A stretch of DNA of 15,976 nt from Candidatus Micrarchaeota archaeon (GCA_043806595.1 JAZDGU010000048.1:1-15976); one strand, 5' to 3'; counted from the first letter of the stretch, positions 6,685 through 15,076 are shown. Numbers and translations are program-made. The notes: generated by a model from the letters alone, not told the origin.

Positions 6685-9428
6685 GAGCCGGACCACCTCG
6701 GGCGCCTGCGCGGCAAGGCGCGCCGGCGCGAAATCGGGTTGAAGGGCTCGGGTTTCTCGGCCACGGCGGGAATTTCCGCAGGGACGGCTGCTGGCGTGGG
6801 GCGCTCGGGGACCGGGCGGCCGAGGCGCTTCAATACGAGCGTATGAAGGTTCTCCAGGAGCGCCTTGCGGTCCGCCAGCAGGACCACGTCGGAAATGCCT
6901 TGCGTGATAAGCAGGTGGGCGAACGGCGAGGGCAGGTCGTAGGGCTTCAGCAGGTTGACCGCGATTTCGCCGTCCTTGACGCGCTGGAGCACCGACTGGG
7001 CGCCCTTGAGGTCCATCTGGTCCTCCAGAATCTCGCGGAACGTCTCCTTGACTACGGGGAAGCCGACGAGGCGGCTGGAGACGCCGAACAGCATGTGCGC
7101 GCTCATCTGCTGCTTGCCCACGGACTTCTGGCGGCCCATGTAATTGCGGAGGATCATGAGGGAGCGGACGGCGACGTGGCGGAACTTGCGCCGTAGGGTC
7201 TCCGTCTTGGCGATTGCCTCGCGCGCCTCCTCGGGAAGGTCCAGCCGCGAAAGCATGAACAGCTGCCTCTTCGCGTCCACGGTGACCGCGCGCGACAACG
7301 TCAGCACGAAGCCGTTGTCGTTGAAAGAGATTATGACGTTGCGGTTTATCTCGTGCGAGACGCGCGCGGCAAGCACCTTGCTCAAGACCTCGTTGACGCG
7401 CCTGCCGAACAGCGAGTGGAAGATGAAGTGCCTGCGCCCCTCGGAGAGGAACTCCTCGACGATAATGCTCCGGTCGGAGTGGAAGGAGTGCACGCCGAGC
7501 AGGCGGAGGAAGGATATCTGTTCCACGAAGTATTCGTAGATCGCCTGCGCGGCGAGGTCGTTGCAGCTGCACTCCTTCCGGATGAACGCGAGCACCTCGT
7601 CGCGGCTCTTGTTCGCAATGGCGGCCGCAAGCGCGCCGCGGAAGCGGGAAATCGCGTTTGCGAGGTCGAAGGAAAGCGGGAGCATCTCCGAGAACCACTG
7701 GGGGATGGTCGGCTTGAGGCCTGCGGCGGGTGCGACGTAGCACTTCATGCCCTTCGCGTAGGCGAACTCGTAGACCTTCCCGCCGAGCACGAAGCGGTCG
7801 CCCTTCCGAAGCTGGGCGAGGAACTCCTCCTCAATGTTGCCGACGTGCCTGCCGCTCGACTGGAGCAGGACCTGCACGCTGACCTCGTCGGGGATCGTGC
7901 CGATGTTCGTGGAATAGAGCACTCTCAGGAGCTTGCCGCGCCTGCCGAACTCCTGCTTCCCCTCGTCGACCCACACCTTGCCGTAGACGCGGTACTTCTC
8001 GAGCGAGCCGAAGCCGCCGGAGAGGAACAGCAGGACGTTGAGGAAATCCTCGCGGGAAAGGTTGCGGTAGCAGTAGCTCCGGCGGACGAGGTCGAAGGCG
8101 TCGTCGATTTTCCAGACCTTCTCTATCGCGAGCCCGATGACATGCTGGGAGAGGACGTCGAGGCAGTTCTCCGGAATCTGCACGCGGTCGATGTGGCCCT
8201 TCCTCGCCTCGGAGAGCATCACCGCCATCTCCACGAGGTCGTCCCGGTCAAGCGCGATGAGCCTGCTCTCCGAGACCTTGTAGATGTCGTGGCCGCTCCT
8301 GCCCGTGCGCTGGAGGGCGCGGGAGACGCTCTTGGGCGAGCCCATCTGCACGACAAGGTCTATGTAGCCGATGTCGATGCCGAGCTCGAGCGAGGTGCTG
8401 CACACGACGGCCTTCAGCTCGCCGCGCTTGAGCCTGTCCTCGACGCCCTTGCGCCACTCTCGGGAAAGGCTGGAGTGGTGCGCCTCGATGCCTTCCGTAT
8501 AGCGCCCGGGGAAGTAGCTCTTTAGGTTGTGGACGATGCGCTCCGTGCCGCTGCGCGTGTTCGTGAAAACGAGCGTCGTGCGGTGGGACTGGATCAGCCC
8601 GTCGAGGAGGATGTAGGTGCGCTTCATGAGCTCGTCGGAAGGCGTGTAGACGAGGTCGGCGACGGGGGAGAGGAGCTCCATCTCCATGCTCTTGCTGTAC
8701 TGGGCGTTGACGACCGTGCAGTCGCGGGGCGAGCCGTTCTCCTGCCCGACGAGGAAGCCGGCGACGGTGTCCAGCGGCGCGATTGTCGCGCTGAGGCCGA
8801 TTCGGCTGAAGGGCTTCTCGCAGATGCCCTGCAGGCGCTCGATGCTCAAGGACAGGTGGACGCCGCGCTTGCCGCTGCAGAGCTCGTGGATCTCATCGAC
8901 GATGACCCACCGGACGCGTTTGAAGAACTCGATGAACTTCGGCGATGAGAGGATGATGGCGAGCGATTCCGGCGTGGTGATTAGGATGTGCGGGGGCTTC
9001 TTGGACATCCTCGCGCGCTCGGCCGGCGTCGTGTCCCCCGTGCGCATGGCGACGCGCACGCCGTGGGTCTTGCCGGTCCCGGCCTTGTAGGCGTCCTCCA
9101 TCTCCGCGAGAGGCTGCTTCAGGTTCTTCTCGATGTCCGCAGCGAGCGCGCGCAGGGGCGAGACGTAGATGCAGTAGATGCGGTTCTCGAATGTCCCGTT
9201 CTCCGCGGAGTCCACGAGCTCGTTGAGGATGCTGATGAAGGCCGTGAGCGTCTTGCCGCTGCCGGTTGGCGCCGAAATGAGGACGTTCCTGCCCTCGTGG
9301 ATCGGGCGGACGCCGAATTTCTGGGGCGGCGTGAGCTCCTTGAAGCGGGAGAACCAGCGGGAGATCGTAGGGTTGAAGAGCTTCAAGACCTCCCCGCGCG
9401 TGGACTCCTCCTCTGCCGTAGTAATCAT
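6681..9428 (-). CDS. lhr: Lhr-family ATP-dependent SF2 helicase
   Basis: LTPPQ, APTGSGKT, YVSPLRALAADI, TTPESL, DEIH, IGLSAT, HHSSL, TSLELGIDIG, QRTGRSGH, GTIPD, PQWFSE, PSPFA. Confidence 0.95.
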   Translation of the reverse strand: MITTAEEESTRGEVLKLFNPTISRWFSRFKELTPPQKFGVRPIHEGRNVLISAPTGSGKTLTAFISILNELVDSAENGTFENRIYCIYVSPLRALAADIEKNLKQPLAEMEDAYKAGTGKTHGVRVAMRTGDTTPAERARMSKKPPHILITTPESLAIILSSPKFIEFFKRVRWVIVDEIHELCSGKRGVHLSLSIERLQGICEKPFSRIGLSATIAPLDTVAGFLVGQENGSPRDCTVVNAQYSKSMEMELLSPVADLVYTPSDELMKRTYILLDGLIQSHRTTLVFTNTRSGTERIVHNLKSYFPGRYTEGIEAHHSSLSREWRKGVEDRLKRGELKAVVCSTSLELGIDIGYIDLVVQMGSPKSVSRALQRTGRSGHDIYKVSESRLIALDRDDLVEMAVMLSEARKGHIDRVQIPENCLDVLSQHVIGLAIEKVWKIDDAFDLVRRSYCYRNLSREDFLNVLLFLSGGFGSLEKYRVYGKVWVDEGKQEFGRRGKLLRVLYSTNIGTIPDEVSVQVLLQSSGRHVGNIEEEFLAQLRKGDRFVLGGKVYEFAYAKGMKCYVAPAAGLKPTIPQWFSEMLPLSFDLANAISRFRGALAAAIANKSRDEVLAFIRKECSCNDLAAQAIYEYFVEQISFLRLLGVHSFHSDRSIIVEEFLSEGRRHFIFHSLFGRRVNEVLSKVLAARVSHEINRNVIISFNDNGFVLTLSRAVTVDAKRQLFMLSRLDLPEEAREAIAKTETLRRKFRHVAVRSLMILRNYMGRQKSVGKQQMSAHMLFGVSSRLVGFPVVKETFREILEDQMDLKGAQSVLQRVKDGEIAVNLLKPYDLPSPFAHLLITQGISDVVLLADRKALLENLHTLVLKRLGRPVPERPTPAAVPAEIPAVAEKPEPFNPISRRRALPRRRPRWSGS

Positions 9429-9481
9429 GGGAAAACAGCTGGCGGCACGCCGGGTGCCCGCCCGCTATTAGTGCCGGGCGA

Positions 9482-9491
9482 GGAATAAAAG
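9482..9491 (-). promoter_or_regulatory. Putative TATA box (CTTTTATTCC) upstream of lhr
   Basis: Identical 10-mer to the box upstream of elp3, ~54 nt before the lhr ATG. Confidence 0.5.
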
Positions 9492-9521
9492 GGTTGGCTT
9501 TAACACCGCCGCTCTATAAGG

Positions 9522-11021
9522 CTATCCGGTCTTTCGCATGCCGGAAGGCGGGGCCGCGGGAGCGGCGGGGCGGGGGTCCTCGGGCGGCGTATTGACCATC
9601 TCGGAATAGAAGCGCTGCATGAACAGGTTGACGTCCTCTATCTTGTGGATGTCCTTCTCGACCAGGTAAACGAGGAGCCGCTTGCGCTGCTCGATCTCGC
9701 TGTTGATTTCGGTAATCGGGATGCCGACGGCCTTCGAGAGCTTCTCCTTTGCCTGGGACGGCATCTTCGTCTCGCTCAGCCGGAAGAACTCGGGGTCGAA
9801 ATCGAAGACCTCGTTGACGGTGATGTTGCCCTCGAGCTTGCCGATTTCGGCCACCTGCGTAATGCGGCGGATGAGGCCCTCCTTCTTCGTGTTTATCCTG
9901 TGCTGCACGATCACGATGTCCACGAGCGGAATAAGGTCCTTGGGGACGTTCATCGGGAAGTTCTGCAGGCGCTGGACTGCGTCGCGCGCGTCCTCCGAGT
10001 GCAGCGTGGTCAGCATGCCGCGGTGGCCCACGTTCATCGCGGTGAACAGGAGCTGCGCCTCCCTGCCCCTCACCTCGCCCACGATGAGCCTGTCGGGGCG
10101 CATGCGGAGCGAGTTGCGCACTAGGGCGTCGAGGTCCATCTCGTCGCTCGTCCTGCACGGGATCCAGTTCTCCATGCCGTAGAGGTTGAGCTCGAGCGTG
10201 TCCTCCATGCTGACGATGCGGTCGCCGGGCGGGATGAAGCTGCTGAGCGCGTTGAGCGTCGTCGTCTTGCCGCTCGCGGTGGAACCGACTATCATGAGGT
10301 TCAGCGGGTGAAGGCGCAGGCCGTCAATCATCACCCACAGGAAGGCCGCAAGGTCGACGTTGAACGTCTTGTTGTTGATGAGGTCGATTATGCTCATCGG
10401 CTGGACGCGGAACTTGCGTATGGTGACCGAGGTGTGCTTGGTGGTCGGCGGGTAGAGGATGTTGGCCCTGCTTCCGTCCGGTAGCCGCATGTCCTCGTAG
10501 GCGCGCCCGGGGTTGCAGGACATCTGCGTCAGGAACTGGCCGAACTGGCGCTCGTTCTCGAACTTGAGGTTAGTCTTGCACATGCCGAACTTGCGGTGGA
10601 AGACGAAGACCTCGGAGATGCCGTTCACCATGATTTCCTCGAGGTTGCCGTCCTCGAAGAGCGGCTGCACGACGGCATAGCCGAACAGCCTGTCCAGCAC
10701 CTTGAACGCGATGAGCTTCTGCGCGAGCGGGTCCGGCACGATTTTCGACGCGAGCACCTCCAGGCCCTCGAGCAGGCGCTTGCGCTCCTCCGATGGAACC
10801 GGCCTGCCGACGTCGGACGCCTCCACCGTCGAGGCGAACTCCTTGAACGAATCCAGGGCCCGGTCCAATCCCCTCGAGCTTACGAACTGCTCGATTGGCG
10901 CCTTCTGGGCCAGTGCCTTGAACAGATCGTCGACGATTGCCGCCTGGTCGGCAGGAAGTTCCGCCTCCTCGACCACGTATTTCGAGAAGGGGTAGTCCAA
11001 TTCGATCTTGGCGCTGAACAC
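9522..11021 (-). CDS. Type II/IV secretion or type IV pilus ATPase (CpaF/TadA/VirB11/FlaI family)
   Basis: LEEIMVNG, LPDGSRA, TIRKF, Walker A GSTASGKTT, SMEDTLEL, LRMRPDRLIVGEVRGRE, His box GHRGMLTTLHS; GTG start. Confidence 0.92.
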   Translation of the reverse strand: MFSAKIELDYPFSKYVVEEAELPADQAAIVDDLFKALAQKAPIEQFVSSRGLDRALDSFKEFASTVEASDVGRPVPSEERKRLLEGLEVLASKIVPDPLAQKLIAFKVLDRLFGYAVVQPLFEDGNLEEIMVNGISEVFVFHRKFGMCKTNLKFENERQFGQFLTQMSCNPGRAYEDMRLPDGSRANILYPPTTKHTSVTIRKFRVQPMSIIDLINNKTFNVDLAAFLWVMIDGLRLHPLNLMIVGSTASGKTTTLNALSSFIPPGDRIVSMEDTLELNLYGMENWIPCRTSDEMDLDALVRNSLRMRPDRLIVGEVRGREAQLLFTAMNVGHRGMLTTLHSEDARDAVQRLQNFPMNVPKDLIPLVDIVIVQHRINTKKEGLIRRITQVAEIGKLEGNITVNEVFDFDPEFFRLSETKMPSQAKEKLSKAVGIPITEINSEIEQRKRLLVYLVEKDIHKIEDVNLFMQRFYSEMVNTPPEDPRPAAPAAPPSGMRKTG

Positions 11022-11042
11022 GATTAAGCCTAACGATAAAGG

Positions 11043-11050
11043 TTATATAA
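11043..11050. promoter_or_regulatory. Palindromic TATA box TTATATAA between divergent genes
   Basis: Lies ~22 nt before the ATPase GTG (minus) and ~48 nt before the 11099 ATG, which has a GGTGA SD. Confidence 0.6.
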
Positions 11051-11098
11051 AGCTTACCGGAACTACTCTTCAGTGAAAGCCCGCACGCAGGTGATTCC

Positions 11099-11491
11099 AT
11101 GGCAGAAGCGCAGACCGCCGACTCGCTCTCCTCGAAGGAGGCATACATCGAGGGCAGGCTGATGGGCCTCAACGAGCTGATCAAGATACTCCGCGAGTCA
11201 GTCGACGAGGACGACAAGCTGCAGATGAACGGCCTCGCGCGCTCGATCGTCGAGCACATCGCGAGCGAGATGGACGAGATAATCGACGAGGTCAAGGGCG
11301 CGCACCACGAGCGCCACGAGACGCCGCCCGCCGAGCTGAAGAGGGCCGAGGCGCAGGTGGACCGCATGCAGGCCTCCGCGAAGACCATCTCCCAGAAGCC
11401 GCCGGAGCAGGCGCCGCGCGAGCTCAGGAAGCACGTCGAGAGCGCGGACGACCTCATGAAGAACCTCATGGCGATCCGCGAGTCGCAGTAG
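11099..11491 (+). CDS. Hypothetical acidic helical protein (130 aa)
   Basis: Strong GC3 codon bias, GGTGA SD; no family recognised. Confidence 0.85.
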   Translation: MAEAQTADSLSSKEAYIEGRLMGLNELIKILRESVDEDDKLQMNGLARSIVEHIASEMDEIIDEVKGAHHERHETPPAELKRAEAQVDRMQASAKTISQKPPEQAPRELRKHVESADDLMKNLMAIRESQ

Positions 11492-11507
11492 GCACAAGGG
11501 TGAACGC

Positions 11508-12239
11508 ATGGCAAGAGGTTTCCAATACAGGGGACGAGAGGAACGGGAGAAGGAGCTGGAAAAATTGAGGGAGATGCCTGAAAAGCCTCCCAGGAGGAGC
11601 CTCTCATCGCGGATTTTCGGAACCACCAAATCGCGCTTGGAAAAAGGGGCAGGCGAAGAAGAAAAAGGAGGGATGCCGTTCGGAAAACCACAGAGCCAGG
11701 TGCTGCTGGAGCGGATAGGAAAGCCTTCAGGGGAATCGGACGAGGAACTGAACGCATACGGCAAGCGAGTGAGCGACTTCGCAAAAAGGGCAGCCGCCCT
11801 CGGCATAATCTCCCGAAGCGAGGAGAGGGGAACCGGAGCCGGATTCAGCCTGAGAAAATTCCTAAGAAGAAACACGCGGAAGCTGCCTGACGTCATGGAC
11901 CCCGGGACAGACTGGCAGGCATGGCTGGGGAGCGCGGCCGTGCGCAAGGCAGGGAAGAAGGCCAACAATGAATTTACGCGGCTTCTCACCAGGTACATCG
12001 ATGGATACGTCGACGGGCTGATGGGGAAGCGCTGGTACGCGAGCCCCGCCCAAGCGCGCGCGAAAAGCGAGAAGGAGCTCCTTGACCGGGCAAGCGGAAT
12101 ACTATTCCAAGCCAACGACCAAATCGGCGGCGAACTGTATTCGGACTGGCGAGGCGAAAGGATTCCCGCAAAGAGGGAAATGACTCCGCAGGCCAGGAAA
12201 AGATTCGAGGAATTCATGAGGAGGATGAGCAAGCGCTAG
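11508..12239 (+). CDS. Hypothetical basic, highly charged protein (243 aa)
   Basis: Fills the gap to the SRP RNA promoter, GGTGA SD, purine-rich coding strand; more A-ending codons than neighbours; no family recognised. Confidence 0.7.
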   Translation: MARGFQYRGREEREKELEKLREMPEKPPRRSLSSRIFGTTKSRLEKGAGEEEKGGMPFGKPQSQVLLERIGKPSGESDEELNAYGKRVSDFAKRAAALGIISRSEERGTGAGFSLRKFLRRNTRKLPDVMDPGTDWQAWLGSAAVRKAGKKANNEFTRLLTRYIDGYVDGLMGKRWYASPAQARAKSEKELLDRASGILFQANDQIGGELYSDWRGERIPAKREMTPQARKRFEEFMRRMSKR

Positions 12240-12256
12240 TCCAACCCAGCGCAACC

Positions 12257-12264
12257 CTTTTAAC
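12257..12264 (+). promoter_or_regulatory. TATA box for the SRP RNA gene
   Basis: CTTTTAAC preceded by GCAACC, ~25 nt upstream of the predicted RNA 5' end. Confidence 0.6.
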
Positions 12265-12286
12265 CTTCCTCCGGCCGAATCATAAC

Positions 12287-12557
12287 GCAGCCGGGATAGC
12301 CGGGGAGCTAGAGGTTCCCTGTGACGCCAATCCTCTTCACGGCGGGTGAGAGCCGGCGCGAGGGCAAGGGGGCTTGCTGCGGTCCGTTTGCGGCCGTCGA
12401 TGCCTCGCCTTGCGTTACGCTTCCAGGAACGAAAGGGCCAGGCCGGAAGGAGCAACCATAAGCTTTTGGACGCGTGCTCGCGAGATACGAAGCGGAGGCT
12501 TCAAGCGGGTCAAACCGCGGCGGACTCCCGTGTTCGGACGCCAGCGCGCCCGGCTGC
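12287..12557 (+). ncRNA. ffs: Archaeal signal recognition particle (7S) RNA
   Basis: Helix 1 GCAGCCGGG (12287) pairs with CCCGGCTGC (12557). Alu domain has helix 3 GGGAGC/GTTCCC, a UGUNR motif (TGTGA 12320-24) and loop-loop complement AGAGG/CCTCT. Helix 8 reads CCAGG-CC-GGAA-GG-AGCA (SRP54 site, GGAA 12445-48). Confidence 0.92.
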
Positions 12558-12648
12558 ATCGTATTGCCTCCAGCAGCCGCCACGCAACCCCTAAAAACCT
12601 TTCCCGCCTCTTCTTTGCCGACGCTTCAACATTTGGGGGGATTCGGAT

Positions 12649-13569
12649 ATGGTTCGCCACTTGCTGCACCTGAAGGACTACACGCCCGCGGAAATCGCGA
12701 AGATCGTGGACAAGACAATCGACGTCAAGAAGAACCCCGGCAAATACGCCAAGGCGCTGGAAGGAAAATCGCTGATAATGCTGTTCCAGAAAACTTCAAC
12801 CCGGACGCGCCTTTCCTTTGAAATCGCGATGACTCAACTCGGCGGACACGCGGTCTTCGTAGACTGGAGGACGACGCAGGCGGGCATGGCCAGCCTCAAG
12901 GACGAAACCAAGGTCTTCGCACGCTACGCGGACGCGATCATGGCGCGCATGAGGCTCCACAAGGACGTCGAGGAAATGGCTTCCGCTTCGCGCGTGCCGT
13001 TCATCAACGGGTTGTGCGAAAAATACCACCCGGTGCAGGCGCTCTGCGATTTGGCGATAATGAAGGAGAAAGTCGGCGGCCTGAAGGGCAAGAAAATCGT
13101 CTACACCGGAATGTTCAACAACGTCTGCAACACTCTCATCGACGGCTGCACGAAGATGGGCATGCAAGCGGTGACCTTCACTCCGGAATTCAACGAGCCG
13201 AGCAGGGACGAGGAGCTGATGGCCGCCGCGAGGGCTACGGGGCTCTGGAGGGAGACCAAGGACCTGAAGAAGGAAGTCAAGGACGCCGACTTCGTCTACA
13301 CCGACACTTGGATTGACATGGAGTTCTTCAACGACCCGGCGTATGCGGCTGAAAAGGAACGCAGGATGAAGGCGATGATGCCGTCGCAGGTCAATGCCAA
13401 GCTCCTCGAAGGCAGCAATGCGATGGTCATGCACGACATGCCCATCCACGAAGGGTACGAGATGACGAGGGATGCAATAGAGCACCCCAACAGCATCATC
13501 TTCGACCAGGCCGAGAGCAGGCTGCACGGCGAGAAGGCGATACTCCTGTTCCTGCTGGGAAAAATGTGA
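12649..13569 (+). CDS. argF: Ornithine carbamoyltransferase (variant motifs)
   Basis: FQKTSTRTRLSFE, INGL...HPVQALCD, NNV, ADFVYTDTW, FDQAESRLH; canonical SMG and HCLP are replaced by DME and HDMP. Confidence 0.85.
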   Translation: MVRHLLHLKDYTPAEIAKIVDKTIDVKKNPGKYAKALEGKSLIMLFQKTSTRTRLSFEIAMTQLGGHAVFVDWRTTQAGMASLKDETKVFARYADAIMARMRLHKDVEEMASASRVPFINGLCEKYHPVQALCDLAIMKEKVGGLKGKKIVYTGMFNNVCNTLIDGCTKMGMQAVTFTPEFNEPSRDEELMAAARATGLWRETKDLKKEVKDADFVYTDTWIDMEFFNDPAYAAEKERRMKAMMPSQVNAKLLEGSNAMVMHDMPIHEGYEMTRDAIEHPNSIIFDQAESRLHGEKAILLFLLGKM

Positions 13570-13577
13570 GCAGCGGC

Positions 13578-14366
13578 TCAATCGAGAGCGCACGCGCCGG
13601 GAAGAAGCTGAAGCAGCGTGTCGACGGAATCCTTTTGCAGGCCCAGCTTGTGCGCGAGCCTCTTCGCGGCCTCGGATTTTGCGACTTGGCCGGGGGAAAT
13701 GAGTATTTTCTGGATGCCGTGCGCTTTGGTAAAGTCGATGCATTCGGGCACGACGAAAACCGCGTCTTCTTTTTTAATTAGCCACATTTTGAGCGGCAGG
13801 CTGCGGTAGTAGTCCTTCTTGCCGTAGATCATGAAGCCGCCCTTGGCGACGTACTCGCCCGGAGAATACTTCTTGACCTGTTCCGGCTTCGCGGCGAAGA
13901 CCGTCGCGACCGACTGCAGGGCCTTCCATGCCGAGGAGTAACAGGCAGCAAATTGGGCTGCTTCCTTCCTTGACTGCTCCGAAGCGGTTTGCCCTTGTTT
14001 CATTATTACCGCTGAGGCGCCGTGCACGTCGGCGTGGAGGAACAGGTCGTCCTTCTCCATGTGGCGGGCGGCGAGCAGGTCGTTGGATTTGGCGTCCCTT
14101 CCGGCGACGACGAGGTTGCCGCCGCTCGTGGTGAAGTGGTGGAACTTCTCGAACCACTGCTTCTCCCTTGCAACTTTCACGCGGACTTCCGGCTTCTTCT
14201 CGAATTTCCTGCGGTTGATGTGGCTGGCGATCTTTCTCTCGGTCTCCGCAAGCGCTGCCCTTGCGCCGGCGAGCTTGGACTTGGCCTTCTTGGATGACTC
14301 GTAGTATGCGCGAGCGTTCTCCAGCGAGGACTTCCCGAGGTCGAGGTGGATTTCGGCGTCTGCCAT
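13578..14366 (-). CDS. NFACT RNA-binding (DUF814) protein: coiled coil + NFACT-R, resembling the C-terminal half of Rqc2/RqcH
   Basis: ENARAYYESSKKAKSK coiled coil, WFEKFHHF, VAGRDAKSND, FLHADVHGAS, AAQFAACYSSAW, GEYVAKGGFMIYGKK. Confidence 0.88.
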   Translation of the reverse strand: MADAEIHLDLGKSSLENARAYYESSKKAKSKLAGARAALAETERKIASHINRRKFEKKPEVRVKVAREKQWFEKFHHFTTSGGNLVVAGRDAKSNDLLAARHMEKDDLFLHADVHGASAVIMKQGQTASEQSRKEAAQFAACYSSAWKALQSVATVFAAKPEQVKKYSPGEYVAKGGFMIYGKKDYYRSLPLKMWLIKKEDAVFVVPECIDFTKAHGIQKILISPGQVAKSEAAKRLAHKLGLQKDSVDTLLQLLPGACALD

Positions 14367-14389
14367 GGGCTTCTTATGGGCGGCGGATG

Positions 14390-14398
14390 TTTTTTAAA
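14390..14398. promoter_or_regulatory. TATA-like box between the divergent NFACT and CYTH-like genes
   Basis: TTTTTTAAA ~24 nt from ATG 14366 (minus) and ~35 nt from ATG 14433 (plus). Confidence 0.5.
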
Positions 14399-14432
14399 CA
14401 TTGGAACGATAAAGGGCAAGCGTGGATTGTAT

Positions 14433-15062
14433 ATGGCAATGGACTTCGACCTGCTCAAGATGCTGTTCCCGCCGAGACCCGCGCCGGTGCACAAGCTGAA
14501 GTACAACATCCCGGAGGCGAGGCTGACGGCGCCCGTGGAAGACGCGGAAAAGGCCGTGGCGCAGGTGAGGAAGCTAGCGCTGTTCGCCGGCGGCGGCGAG
14601 TTCGCCGAGGAAATCCACTTCAAGGACTACGGCAACAACGTCTTCGCGTATTACATAATCCGCACGGAGAAGCTCACGCAGAAGGAGTCGGTGCACTTCG
14701 ACGGCTACATGCTCGACGAGGAGGACCGGCTGGGCATGAACGTGACAAACGCGTATTCCTTCGCCAAGGACCTCGAGGGAATGGGCTACCAGTTCGGCTT
14801 CGTGCGCGAAGTCGAGGTCTGGAGCTTCCGCATGCTGGCCGTGCCGGTGAACGTGTTCTCAATCACCGGGCTGGGCGACTTCATCGAGGTCGCGCTGCCG
14901 GCGACGAAGTTCGCCAAGCAGAGGGAGAAGGACGAGAAGGCCGCGCAGAAGTTCTTCGACAAGATGAAGACGGACAAGAGGGACATAATCCCCACGGACC
15001 TGATTACGTTGCAGCTGGTCAGCATGCAGCAGGAGGCTGAACAGGCCGCGAAAAGGAAATAG
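14433..15062 (+). CDS. CYTH-like (class IV adenylate cyclase / triphosphate tunnel) domain protein, degenerate
   Basis: LEGMGYQFGFVREVEVWSF...VNVFSITGLGDFIEV follows the CYTH C-terminal pattern. ATG at 14433 or 14439; the GTG at 14346 would overlap the divergent gene. Confidence 0.6.
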   Translation: MAMDFDLLKMLFPPRPAPVHKLKYNIPEARLTAPVEDAEKAVAQVRKLALFAGGGEFAEEIHFKDYGNNVFAYYIIRTEKLTQKESVHFDGYMLDEEDRLGMNVTNAYSFAKDLEGMGYQFGFVREVEVWSFRMLAVPVNVFSITGLGDFIEVALPATKFAKQREKDEKAAQKFFDKMKTDKRDIIPTDLITLQLVSMQQEAEQAAKRK

Positions 15063-15076
15063 GCACGGGTGGAAAA

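Noticed and set aside
6304..7743. 479-aa ORF suggesting a long fusion or programmed frameshift with lhr
   Set aside because: Residues before MKRVLF are an off-frame R/P-rich shadow of lhr; the ATGA overlap gives a normal start at 6684
267..8525. Long antisense or alternate-frame ORFs (267..1379, 2124..3182, 2969..4138, 7353..8525 and similar)
   Set aside because: Expected shadows of high-GC3 genes; no motifs, and they overlap well-supported CDSs
12102..12821. Several short ORFs over 12.1-12.8 kb
   Set aside because: The region is explained by the SRP RNA gene and the argF start
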